Shown here one piece after another: positions 19,901 to 28,574 of a stretch of 64,000 bases of DNA. The translations under genes were made by a program, and so were the position numbers. A model generated the notes under the pieces. The model was not told the origin of the DNA and made no database searches. It was given only the letters and a program-made list of their open reading frames with translations. Every line of letters starts with the position of its first letter. Positions within the stretch are counted from its first letter, which is position 1. The DNA is from a phage: the sequence record PQ327946.1; one strand, given 5' to 3'.

Positions 19901-20194
19901 TCAACTGTAACGATAACATTCGTTAGCTTTACGTTTGGCTTCAGTATGAGAAGTATTATAATCATACTCTTCTTTACTGTAAACATCTTTTTTCAACTTA
20001 CGAACTTCTTTGCGGAGTTGTCGATTCATTTCATTCTTGACTTCAGAATCAACGCCTTTCATACGTTTCCATTTATCTGAGCGGAAGATGTTTTCAACCA
20101 TGTCTTTGTGGCTAACACCGTCAGGAGCTTTACGCTTACCAAAATAGTCGTAATCGCGAACTTTCAAATCTTTACGACGATATGTTTTACCCAT
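19901..20194 (-). CDS. Hypothetical basic protein
   Basis: ATG at 20194 with SD GAGGTA; lysine/arginine-rich. Confidence 0.4.
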   Translation of the reverse strand: MGKTYRRKDLKVRDYDYFGKRKAPDGVSHKDMVENIFRSDKWKRMKGVDSEVKNEMNRQLRKEVRKLKKDVYSKEEYDYNTSHTEAKRKANECYRYS

Positions 20195-20201
20195 AAGTAC
20201 C

Positions 20202-20453
20202 TCAGAGGTTGATTGATACAATGCGTTTGATAAAATTCACTTCACTTACTGAAAGGTGGTCTTTAAGACCGATTGATTCTAAACGCTGAGTAAGCGTCAA
20301 CATTGGGATATAGTCCCAATGTGTTTTAGACGTTTGATAAGTACGGACGCCATTAGCAATTTCAACGTTCAAATCGGAAATGGTAATGAATATCAGACGT
20401 TCGTTGTTTACATTAAGAGTTAGAACAACTTTCTTTGAATCTAAACCAATCAT
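20202..20453 (-). CDS. Hypothetical protein
   Basis: 83 aa ORF. Confidence 0.4.
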   Translation of the reverse strand: MIGLDSKKVVLTLNVNNERLIFITISDLNVEIANGVRTYQTSKTHWDYIPMLTLTQRLESIGLKDHLSVSEVNFIKRIVSINL

Positions 20454-20632
20454 GGCTTAATTTCCTTCGCAATTGAACAGAAGATACCACGGTCACAAAG
20501 CATTTCACCAATTTCTGGATATTTGATCGAACGGTACCAAACATCCAGGCTTGAAACTCTGGTTATCTGTACTGCACTACCGTTGACAGAATAGTACTGG
20601 TCGACCTTAATTTCTTTATCTTCAATTGTCAT
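20450..20632 (-). CDS. Hypothetical small protein
   Basis: ATG at 20632 after promoter-like GTTTAC-N17-TAAGAT. Confidence 0.4.
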   Translation of the reverse strand: MTIEDKEIKVDQYYSVNGSAVQITRVSSLDVWYRSIKYPEIGEMLCDRGIFCSIAKEIKP

Positions 20633-20797
20633 TTTATTTTCCTCTATAGTAGATGGTTTAATCTTAACACATCTATTGAGGATGTAAACTGTTTTATGAA
20701 AATATTTTCGATTTGAGAGGGGCACAAGGAGATAGTGAAGTGAAGATTCCAATGGATTATATTAGAAATGAGATAAAGAAGACCAGGCGGCACCTGG

Positions 20798-21091
20798 TCA
20801 ATCTTCTATGATATCAGAGTCATATCCTAATGAAATCAAGGACTTTTTAAACTCTGCGATATTCCTTTGTTTCTTATCATTTAAAAATATGACAGGATAA
20901 CGAATATTAAGTGAAGTGAATCCTGCACGTTTAGCAAGAGATACGATTAAAGGACGGTCATATTCAATCTTACCATTATTAGTGAGGACTTTATAAAATG
21001 TATAAGGAGCATTGAGCTCCTTTAAAAGTTTTGTAACAGTATAACATCCCGGACAACGTCCTACTTCTTCAGGGATGCCATAGATTTCAAT
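20798..21091 (-). CDS. nrdH: Glutaredoxin-like NrdH-type redoxin (start codon unresolved)
   Basis: CPGCYTV CxxC motif after KIEIYG; no in-frame ATG near expected N-terminus. Confidence 0.5.
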   Translation of the reverse strand: MEIYGIPEEVGRCPGCYTVTKLLKELNAPYTFYKVLTNNGKIEYDRPLIVSLAKRAGFTSLNIRYPVIFLNDKKQRNIAEFKKSLISLGYDSDIIED

Positions 21092-21404
21092 CTTGTTCTT
21101 TAAGTTCGAGTTTTGTTCCACGAGAAATAATTCCTTGGTAAGCCCAATATGGCGGGTTAACAGAATCATCACCGGAGTTTTCTTCAGGAAAATAAACCTG
21201 GATAACAAATCCGGATTCATCAAAGGTAAAATAAACCGTAGGCAGTTCACCTAACAATTCGGCACGAGCATTAATTTCTTCGAGATCTCGTTCACGTCCA
21301 GCCCAAAAACTAGGATTTAGATCACATTCGTAAAAATAATAGTCATTACCGAACATATCAAACCCCTTCCAACTCTCTACCACATACTGCTCAAAACTAA
21401 TCAT
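21087..21404 (-). CDS. Hypothetical acidic protein
   Basis: 105 aa ORF. Confidence 0.45.
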   Translation of the reverse strand: MISFEQYVVESWKGFDMFGNDYYFYECDLNPSFWAGRERDLEEINARAELLGELPTVYFTFDESGFVIQVYFPEENSGDDSVNPPYWAYQGIISRGTKLELKEQD

Positions 21405-21406
21405 AA

Positions 21407-21622
21407 TTAAGCCTTTTTATCAAGAACAGAATTCAGTTTATTAGTAATTTTGTCCAAACGTTCATTGAATTCGCTGGAGGATAATCCCTTTTCCGGAGAA
21501 ATTAAACTAATCAAGAAAAATACAACAGTAAAAGGAATAAGAAAAATAGCTCCAACTGCCATAAACAAAAAGAACGTTACAGTTGTAAGAAAATCAGCTA
21601 AACCTTTACGAAATTTATACAT
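21407..21622 (-). CDS. Small membrane protein
   Basis: 71 aa with a long hydrophobic helix. Confidence 0.45.
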   Translation of the reverse strand: MYKFRKGLADFLTTVTFFLFMAVGAIFLIPFTVVFFLISLISPEKGLSSSEFNERLDKITNKLNSVLDKKA

Positions 21623-21732
21623 ATTTACCCTTAATTAACTAAGCATTGATAAACACCAAACTATACTGCGAATAAAATTCTGGACCAAAACGAAAAATCA
21701 TATCATTTATAGTATCCATAATGTAATTCAAT

Positions 21733-22203
21733 TTAATCATGTTTCCACACCCCATCGGTATTTGACCAAAGTCGCTGATTATCTGATCCTCGCCACATCT
21801 TTTTAGTCGGAAGATTTTTCTCATACTTCCCATCAATAATAACATCAACATATTTAAGCATTTCTAGTTGTTTAATATCTTCAAACTTATATCCTGTCCA
21901 CAACCAAATGCTTTTATTGGGATAAAGATTTTTTACTGTTTGAGCAATGCGATGAATAACATCTCGGTTATCAGGATAGAGAGGATCTCCTCCGGTTATA
22001 GTTAATCCTTCTATATAATCATTATTCAAACATTCAATCAATTGTTCTAGTGTTTCACCAGTGAATGGAATACCATTTCTAGCGTTCCATGTTGATTTAT
22101 TATAACACCCTTCGCATTTATGCAAACAACCTGTAACGAAAAGAACGACCCTGCAACCAGGGCCATTCACAAAATCGCAAGGATAAAATCTATCATAATT
22201 CAT
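21733..22203 (-). CDS. nrdG: Anaerobic ribonucleotide reductase activating protein (radical SAM)
   Basis: 156 aa; CxxxCxxC motif GCLHKCEGC. Confidence 0.9.
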   Translation of the reverse strand: MNYDRFYPCDFVNGPGCRVVLFVTGCLHKCEGCYNKSTWNARNGIPFTGETLEQLIECLNNDYIEGLTITGGDPLYPDNRDVIHRIAQTVKNLYPNKSIWLWTGYKFEDIKQLEMLKYVDVIIDGKYEKNLPTKKMWRGSDNQRLWSNTDGVWKHD

Positions 22204-24017
22204 TGGTGTTTAACCCTATGCATGATTTCTTTATTTTTACCGAGATTAAATCCGCGTTCGTTCGGATTTCCCAAATAACCACATGTTCTTCTTATGGTGT
22301 TCATCTTTTTAGGATCACTTTCTCCACAAACTGAACAAACAAATCCGTTTTCAGTAGGAGTCATTTCATGAGTACTTCCACATGTAAAACATTTATCTAC
22401 TGGCATATTAACACCAAAATAATCTAAATGTTGTGCAGCATAATCCCAGACAGCCTCAAGACCTTTTAAGTTATTTTTCATATCTGGAAGTTCAACATAA
22501 GAAATGTGACCGCCTGTTGCAATGAAATGATATGGGGCTTCGCGAGAAATCTTTTCAAATGGAGTAATATTTTCTTCTACTGAAACGTGGAAACTGTTAG
22601 TGTACCAGCCTTTATCGGTAACATCTTTTACACTTCCATATTTCTCAGTATCAAGTTTACAGAAGCGATAGCACAGGTTTTCAGCAGGAGTAGAATACAG
22701 GCTAAAAGCAAAACCGGTTCTTTCAGTCCACTGCTTAAGACGAGCATTCATTTTAGTTAAAATTTCCTGTCCAATATCACGTCCGACAAGAATATTCAAT
22801 TCGTGAATACCAATGTATCCTAGGGACACTGAACTTCTGCCGTTTTTAAATAACTCAATTATATCGTCATCAGGTTTAAGACGAACCCCGAATGCACCTT
22901 CTTGGTAAAGAATAGGAGCAACAGTAGCTTTAACTCCTTTTAAGGAACTAATTCTGCACATCAATGCTTCAAAACATAAATCCATTCGTTCATTGAATAA
23001 TTCAACAAATTTCTGTTCATTGAACTGTGTTCCAATATAAGAATCTAACGCAATACGAGGAAGATTCAGTGTTACAACACCAAGATTATTACGTCCATCA
23101 AGAATTTCATTACCAGTCGAATCTTTCCATACGCTCAAGAAACTACGACAGCCCATTGGAGAAACAGGAACAGATGAACCAGTGATAGCTTTATTATTCT
23201 TAACTGAAATAATATCAGGATACATTCTTTTGCTTGCACACTCTAGAGCAAGCTGCTTAATATCATAATTCGGATCGTCTTTATAAAGATTAACACCTTC
23301 TTCAACGAACATAACAAGTTTAGGGAAAATAGGAGTTATCCCATCGCGACCAAGACCTTTAATACGATTTTTCAGAATTGCTTTCTGAATCATTCGTTCA
23401 GTCCAGTCAGTTCCAGTACCAAATGTAATTGTCACAAAAGGCGTTTGTCCGTTTGAACTAAAGAGAGTATTTACTTCATATTCATAAGCTTGGAATGCAT
23501 CGTATACGTCTTTTTCTGTTTTAGATTGGGCATAATTCAGCGCATCAGCGATTTGCCATTTTTCTGCATCTTCAATATGTTTTGCGTAGGTGCGTTTAAC
23601 ATAAGGAGAAAGGACTTTATCTACATTCGCAAATGTAGTTCCACCGTATTGATGGGAAGCAACCTGCGCAGTAATTTGTGCCATAATTGCAGTAGCAACA
23701 CCAATCGATTTAGGCGTTTCAATTTGAGCATTGCCTAATTTAAATCCATTCTCAAGCATCCCCTTTAAATCGACTAAACAGCAATTAGTAAATGGAAGAG
23801 CAGGAGAATAATCAATATCATGCATGTGGATAATTCCACTTTCGTGTGCTTTCATAATAAAAGACGGGACCATATTTTTGGCAATGTGCTTAGACACAAT
23901 ACCAGCCATAAGGTCCCGTTGAGTTGGAAAAACACGAGAATCTTTATTAGCATTCTCGTTCAAAAGATCTTTATTAGTTTTATGAATTAATCCTTCAATT
24001 TCTTTTTCAATTTTCAT
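22200..24017 (-). CDS. nrdD: Anaerobic ribonucleoside-triphosphate reductase
   Basis: 605 aa; C-terminal zinc-ribbon cysteines and glycyl radical motif RTCGYLG; uninterrupted. Confidence 0.93.
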   Translation of the reverse strand: MKIEKEIEGLIHKTNKDLLNENANKDSRVFPTQRDLMAGIVSKHIAKNMVPSFIMKAHESGIIHMHDIDYSPALPFTNCCLVDLKGMLENGFKLGNAQIETPKSIGVATAIMAQITAQVASHQYGGTTFANVDKVLSPYVKRTYAKHIEDAEKWQIADALNYAQSKTEKDVYDAFQAYEYEVNTLFSSNGQTPFVTITFGTGTDWTERMIQKAILKNRIKGLGRDGITPIFPKLVMFVEEGVNLYKDDPNYDIKQLALECASKRMYPDIISVKNNKAITGSSVPVSPMGCRSFLSVWKDSTGNEILDGRNNLGVVTLNLPRIALDSYIGTQFNEQKFVELFNERMDLCFEALMCRISSLKGVKATVAPILYQEGAFGVRLKPDDDIIELFKNGRSSVSLGYIGIHELNILVGRDIGQEILTKMNARLKQWTERTGFAFSLYSTPAENLCYRFCKLDTEKYGSVKDVTDKGWYTNSFHVSVEENITPFEKISREAPYHFIATGGHISYVELPDMKNNLKGLEAVWDYAAQHLDYFGVNMPVDKCFTCGSTHEMTPTENGFVCSVCGESDPKKMNTIRRTCGYLGNPNERGFNLGKNKEIMHRVKHQ

Positions 24018-24487
24018 TTTAAACTCTTTCTAAGCTGCTTTTTGAATGAAGCTATTAATTGTGTTTTGGTATCAGATTCATTATATTCAAATCCTCTTTG
24101 AAGCATCTCGGCCATCATTTCCTCTTTACCTAGTCTTGAGAACTCTTTAGTTTTGTCTGGAACAAAATTAGGATGGATATTATTATCAGAATAATCTTGT
24201 TTCAAATAAGCAAGAAGAGCTTCAAGCCATTCTAAGTAGTCAACGTTTTGTCCTTTCAAACCGGAACGGTTGAACTTATGCTTCATTTGACCTTCTGCTG
24301 CGTTGCACAGATTACAGAGTAAACCACGAACTCTACCTGCTTTTGGCCCGTTTAATTCGTGGTCGTGGTCAAGATGGTTACCTTGAACATCAGGGTCTAA
24401 TTCACGGTGGCAAATAGGACACTTACCATTCTGTGCATCATAAAATTTTTGTTTTTCTTCTTTATATTTTGCGCCTGATAATAACAT
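24014..24487 (-). CDS. 49: Endonuclease VII (Holliday junction resolvase)
   Basis: 157 aa; sequence closely matches T4 endo VII as I recall it, including zinc-binding cysteines. Confidence 0.9.
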   Translation of the reverse strand: MLLSGAKYKEEKQKFYDAQNGKCPICHRELDPDVQGNHLDHDHELNGPKAGRVRGLLCNLCNAAEGQMKHKFNRSGLKGQNVDYLEWLEALLAYLKQDYSDNNIHPNFVPDKTKEFSRLGKEEMMAEMLQRGFEYNESDTKTQLIASFKKQLRKSLK

Positions 24488-24492
24488 AATAA

Positions 24493-24524
24493 ACCCTTAC
24501 CTTAAATAGATAAGGGTATTTATA
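24493..24524 (-). promoter_or_regulatory. Gene 49 late promoter plus SD-sequestering hairpin
   Basis: Minus strand TATAAATA followed by ACCCTTA ... TAAGGGT inverted repeat whose 3' arm contains the SD. Confidence 0.55.
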
Positions 24525-24526
24525 AT

Positions 24527-24952
24527 TTAGTAAACGTTATAAAAGTCTCGATGAAAACGTCTTTCTAAATATTCAATGTATTCCGCTGCGGCTTGCATCA
24601 GATTACCTTCATAACCGTCATTATTTTCTTGGGCGGCTAATTTAGCTAGAGCATAAGAAATACGTTCACCTTCGAATTTGCCAACACAAACTACTTGGTC
24701 AATTTCTTCGAGTTCATCTATTGAATGGGATTCCCAGAAGCACCAAAGAGAAGTATCACGGTCATAGATGCAAAGTTTATCACCTGTGTTCAACATCACT
24801 TCGTTAATGCCATGGCCGCCATAACCACCTTCGGTAGTAGTACCAATTACCTTGATGAGTGTTCCTTTCTTTAATTCAGGAAACTTGACTTGTAGTTCTT
24901 CATCTTCTTTAACAATCTTGAACCATTTACCGCGAGTTTCAGAAATATTCAT
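24527..24952 (-). CDS. Hypothetical protein
   Basis: ATG at 24952 (MNISETRG...); track N-terminal extension looks like off-frame read-through. Confidence 0.5.
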   Translation of the reverse strand: MNISETRGKWFKIVKEDEELQVKFPELKKGTLIKVIGTTTEGGYGGHGINEVMLNTGDKLCIYDRDTSLWCFWESHSIDELEEIDQVVCVGKFEGERISYALAKLAAQENNDGYEGNLMQAAAEYIEYLERRFHRDFYNVY

Positions 24953-24953
24953 A

Positions 24954-25151
24954 TCAATATTCTCTATAAAAGTTACGATGAGAACGTTTAGCTTTGCGAA
25001 GCTGACGTTTAGTAGGACGAACTGTAAATGGTTGTCCAGAGAAAAAATTCGGATCGGTTTTAATAAGCAAATACCAATCATGCTTGCCATTTTTTAATAA
25101 ACGGTACAATAATTTAACTTGCATAATAATCTCTTCCCATTTCCATATCAA
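24954..25151 (-). CDS. Hypothetical small basic protein
   Basis: 65 aa ORF. Confidence 0.3.
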   Translation of the reverse strand: MIWKWEEIIMQVKLLYRLLKNGKHDWYLLIKTDPNFFSGQPFTVRPTKRQLRKAKRSHRNFYREY

Positions 25152-25252
25152 TTAATTCATTTATTGAAGGTTCATCATAACACGTTTCTTCGTCATTGTA
25201 AACTGTTTCGACGTCTGGCTCGACTGTCTCCCATCGAGCCGAATACCACGGT

Positions 25253-25609
25253 TTAACCCCGGAGTTTATTGAGCTCTTCATAATCAATCCAGGATTCTAG
25301 CCCTGAAGGCAGGTCACATTCAATGTTCCACAGAAGCTCTTCAATGGCTTGCAGGCGATTATATTCTTCAACGGTAATGGTAACCATTGGTGCAACCGGT
25401 TCTGCCTTTTTAACCATCATATCGTTCATCAGGACGTAAAGGTCATCACGAACGACAGTGTCGTTCCAACCCCATGATTTGGCTTCGTAAGCTAATGATG
25501 AAGGGAGCACATTTAAAACTTCAATAATAGTTGGAGCATCAGGACCAAGTTCATTGGCACAAACTTCGTATACATCTTGGAAATCTTTAAGATTTAATGA
25601 ATATGTCAT
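25253..25609 (-). CDS. Hypothetical protein
   Basis: 118 aa ORF. Confidence 0.45.
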   Translation of the reverse strand: MTYSLNLKDFQDVYEVCANELGPDAPTIIEVLNVLPSSLAYEAKSWGWNDTVVRDDLYVLMNDMMVKKAEPVAPMVTITVEEYNRLQAIEELLWNIECDLPSGLESWIDYEELNKLRG

Positions 25610-25869
25610 TTAAAATATTCTCGCAGTTGGTCAAATCCACCAATATGACTTCCGTCAGGAGCAAACACTTGAGGCATAGTCAATCCGATTTGTGATTCAC
25701 GTCCAAGCTTAACCAGAAGCTCAGCAATTTTCTCATCATCAAAAACACCTTTTTCCGGCATAACATTAATGAATTCGAATGGCTGTTTCTTAACGGTCAG
25801 CAATCGTTTCGCATTATCGCAATAAATGCATTTATGAATAGTAGAGTCATAACCATACACTTTAAACAT
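25606..25869 (-). CDS. nrdC: Glutaredoxin-like protein (T4 thioredoxin NrdC)
   Basis: 87 aa from ATG at 25869; CIYC CxxC motif; matches T4 NrdC. Confidence 0.85.
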   Translation of the reverse strand: MFKVYGYDSTIHKCIYCDNAKRLLTVKKQPFEFINVMPEKGVFDDEKIAELLVKLGRESQIGLTMPQVFAPDGSHIGGFDQLREYFK

Positions 25870-26275
25870 TATTTTTCCTTTCATCGATTAAATATGCAAT
25901 GCCAAATACAATACATGTAATAAAACCTGTGATACAGATAGAAACCAACAACACTGTACCAAAGAACCAAATCAAGTTATCTTTAGTAGTTTGTTTGATA
26001 TCCATCTCACGAATTTCTATAGCTATCGTATCACCTTTATTCAGAAGCGTATAAAACGATGGCGATACACGCCTGTCAAAAACTCGTCCTTGCTCATCTT
26101 TATAGACTGCAATAAATTCTAATTTAGAATATTTTCCTGTAGATTGGCCTGAGATTAATTCCACTACCTCCACAGGAATTACTTTAGTTTCCATGTAAGT
26201 ATTCTGGCTGTTCCAAATGAATGGAATGATGGCAAAAACTAAAGCTGCAATAAAGCAACGAAGGCTATATCTCAT
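25862..26275 (-). CDS. Membrane protein
   Basis: 137 aa with N- and C-terminal hydrophobic helices. Confidence 0.5.
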   Translation of the reverse strand: MRYSLRCFIAALVFAIIPFIWNSQNTYMETKVIPVEVVELISGQSTGKYSKLEFIAVYKDEQGRVFDRRVSPSFYTLLNKGDTIAIEIREMDIKQTTKDNLIWFFGTVLLVSICITGFITCIVFGIAYLIDERKNNV

Positions 26276-26580
26276 TATAATGTTCTCTCAAATTTGTGGA
26301 AGCATTTACGGCATTTCAATTTCAAGTTATCAGTGGTCCAGTTAACCAGTTGGACTTGGATAGTTCCACATTCCGGACATGGATGTTTTGCTGCCGATTT
26401 GGCAGCATTTTCACGTCGTTCAACCATTTTCATTATTTCGTTCCATGCCGGAGGAACGAACTCTTCTTCACCGTGGATTTTATCTCGCTGAACAAATTCA
26501 ATCTTTGAACTATCGTCAATAAACTTAACCAAGCCATGATTAGTGCTCATATCAATATCCTCTAAAAGACGTAGTTTCAT
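26275..26580 (-). CDS. Zinc-ribbon protein
   Basis: 101 aa; CPECG ... CRKC pairs. Confidence 0.5.
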   Translation of the reverse strand: MKLRLLEDIDMSTNHGLVKFIDDSSKIEFVQRDKIHGEEEFVPPAWNEIMKMVERRENAAKSAAKHPCPECGTIQVQLVNWTTDNLKLKCRKCFHKFERTL

Positions 26581-27524
26581 TATAACACCTCAATGGCATT
26601 TCGTAAGCCATCCGCTTTCGCATTCAGAGCTTTTAACGATTTAGTTTGTTCTGCAATCTGGGCTTCGACTTCTTTCAGACGAGATTTGAGATATTCGCGT
26701 TCTTCTCTTAAGTTATCAACTTTTTCTGCTTTAGGCTCTTTAATAGGCTTATACTCATTAGGGTTCTTCAACTTAATTTGAATGCGAGAACTGTATAACA
26801 TTGAACCGTTATCTTCGGTTTCGCTGAACATTTCAACAACATCCATAGTCTGTAATATCATACGAAGTTTATAAGACAGCGAACTAACGGTTTTGTTGCG
26901 CTTATTAATTTCTTCGGCTTTCATGGTACCGAGATTACGTGAGTAGTAATAAGGAACCTGGATATCAATTGACAATGATGCGTTACCATTACCAGTTGGT
27001 TTGAATACTGCAGTAACCCAATCTTTAACATGAACTTTATTTGTACGACCGTCGCCGCCTGTGAATAATTTACGTGAATGTTTAAAAAGCATATTCACTT
27101 GGTTATTGAATTCACAAGCAAATTTATCAGCAAATTTAGTTTCAGGAATGGTAGATAACCAATCAGCTAAATAGGTCTTTTTAACATCGTTAACAATAGT
27201 AAATTCAACCAAATCGGTTATAGATGTCGCAGTTTTAATGAATCTCGGCTTCATAAAGTTTTTAATGTTATCGCGAGCTACAGTAGAAGATAACATACGA
27301 GAACGTTTAAACCATTGAAGCAAATTGCCCAACGAATGAGAATAAGCGTTCTGTGTATCTTTACAGATATGATTTTCTTGACCTGTGTATGTACCAAAAT
27401 CGCGAAGAATACCACTTACTACAACTCGGTGTGGAACATCAAATCCTAATGAACCGGAAGCACGTTGGGCATGAACGTTAGCGATAAGACCTGCAAAATA
27501 ATCAACATAATGTGAACGTGTCAT
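26580..27524 (-). CDS. Hypothetical protein with C-terminal coiled coil
   Basis: 314 aa ORF; ATG at 27524 with SD GAGG. Confidence 0.55.
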   Translation of the reverse strand: MTRSHYVDYFAGLIANVHAQRASGSLGFDVPHRVVVSGILRDFGTYTGQENHICKDTQNAYSHSLGNLLQWFKRSRMLSSTVARDNIKNFMKPRFIKTATSITDLVEFTIVNDVKKTYLADWLSTIPETKFADKFACEFNNQVNMLFKHSRKLFTGGDGRTNKVHVKDWVTAVFKPTGNGNASLSIDIQVPYYYSRNLGTMKAEEINKRNKTVSSLSYKLRMILQTMDVVEMFSETEDNGSMLYSSRIQIKLKNPNEYKPIKEPKAEKVDNLREEREYLKSRLKEVEAQIAEQTKSLKALNAKADGLRNAIEVL

Positions 27525-27552
27525 AATATTTTCCTCTCGTTAAGATAGAAAG

Positions 27553-27581
27553 ATTATACTCCAACCATCCTTGGTTGTAAA
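27553..27581 (-). promoter_or_regulatory. Early promoter TTTACA-N17-TATAAT with hairpin in spacer
   Basis: Minus strand TTTACA, 17-nt spacer with CAACCA/TGGTTG stem, TATAAT; 27 nt identical to 28546..28572. Confidence 0.6.
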
Positions 27582-27586
27582 CTGAT

Positions 27587-28519
27587 TTATGATTTTAATG
27601 CATTCATTGCGTTAAAAAGTTTAGAGTACTGCAACTGGAGCTTGGTAACTACTTGTTGAGCATCACGAAGCTTAGCTTGTGCTTTGTCAAGTTCAACAGA
27701 CAGTTGGTCCACAGTGCCTTTGATTTGATTATAATAGTAATCTTCGGCAGGAAGAAGACCGTTAGAGATTTCCAGTTTAGTCGACGGTGTGCCGTTAAAC
27801 ATAACAGGTTGTGCTGAAGCTGCATTAATCTTACCGATAGTTGGGGCGACAATAATTGACGCTTCGAACGTTGCATTTTCCTTTTTAAGATTTTGATAGT
27901 ATTCAGAGTCTTTGTGCCACCATGGCGCAGGAACCTTTTTACCAATAGATACACGAGCCTGGATAGCGATATGGCCCTTATTCTTGATAGGGTTGATAAT
28001 ATTAAGCTCACGAGAATAAATTGCTTTAATCTGGTGAATATTATCACCTAGCACTTCCAACGCTTGGTGGAATACACGAGCAACGTTATCATTCTTAGGT
28101 TTATACGTAAGAGTGAACTCGTTCTCACTGATAACCATGATTTCCAACTTATCGTAAGTATATTTCAAATGTTTCATGTTAATTGCTTGAGGACGAATAC
28201 GAGAAGCAATGGCCATCAGATTGTTAAGGTTATTCCGGAACTGCTTAGCGAAATATTGTCCTTCATCGCCAATACAAAAATTACGAAGTTTCTGTTTGGC
28301 TAATAAACGGCTGAACTCACCATTTTTAATGAACTCTTTAACGGGTGTGTTAGTAACGCATTCAAATTGAGTAAACTTACGAGAAGTAATCCCATAATAT
28401 GAACAGATTTCCTCAATCTCTTCAGGAGTCTTTACAGGCATACGGATAGGATTAGGACCTGGGGTATATGCGTTCGAGGTAAATTCTTTGATAAGTTCTC
28501 TACGTGTAATAGAAGCCAT
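27587..28519 (-). CDS. Hypothetical protein with C-terminal coiled coil
   Basis: 310 aa ORF. Confidence 0.55.
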   Translation of the reverse strand: MASITRRELIKEFTSNAYTPGPNPIRMPVKTPEEIEEICSYYGITSRKFTQFECVTNTPVKEFIKNGEFSRLLAKQKLRNFCIGDEGQYFAKQFRNNLNNLMAIASRIRPQAINMKHLKYTYDKLEIMVISENEFTLTYKPKNDNVARVFHQALEVLGDNIHQIKAIYSRELNIINPIKNKGHIAIQARVSIGKKVPAPWWHKDSEYYQNLKKENATFEASIIVAPTIGKINAASAQPVMFNGTPSTKLEISNGLLPAEDYYYNQIKGTVDQLSVELDKAQAKLRDAQQVVTKLQLQYSKLFNAMNALKS

Positions 28520-28545
28520 TTTATATTCCTCATGTTGAAAAATTT

Positions 28546-28574
28546 ATTATACTCCAACCATCCTTGGTTGTACA
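28546..28574 (-). promoter_or_regulatory. Early promoter TGTACA-N17-TATAAT with hairpin in spacer
   Basis: Same spacer and -10 block as 27553..27581. Confidence 0.55.

Noticed and set aside
21639-21851. 70-aa minus-strand ORF overlapping nrdG
   Set aside because: Alternate frame overlapping the N-terminal part of nrdG
22200-24017. Possible group I intron in nrdD, as in T4
   Set aside because: The 605-aa reading frame is continuous from start to glycyl radical motif
27649-28047. 132-aa minus-strand ORF overlapping 27587..28519
   Set aside because: Alternate frame of a longer ORF
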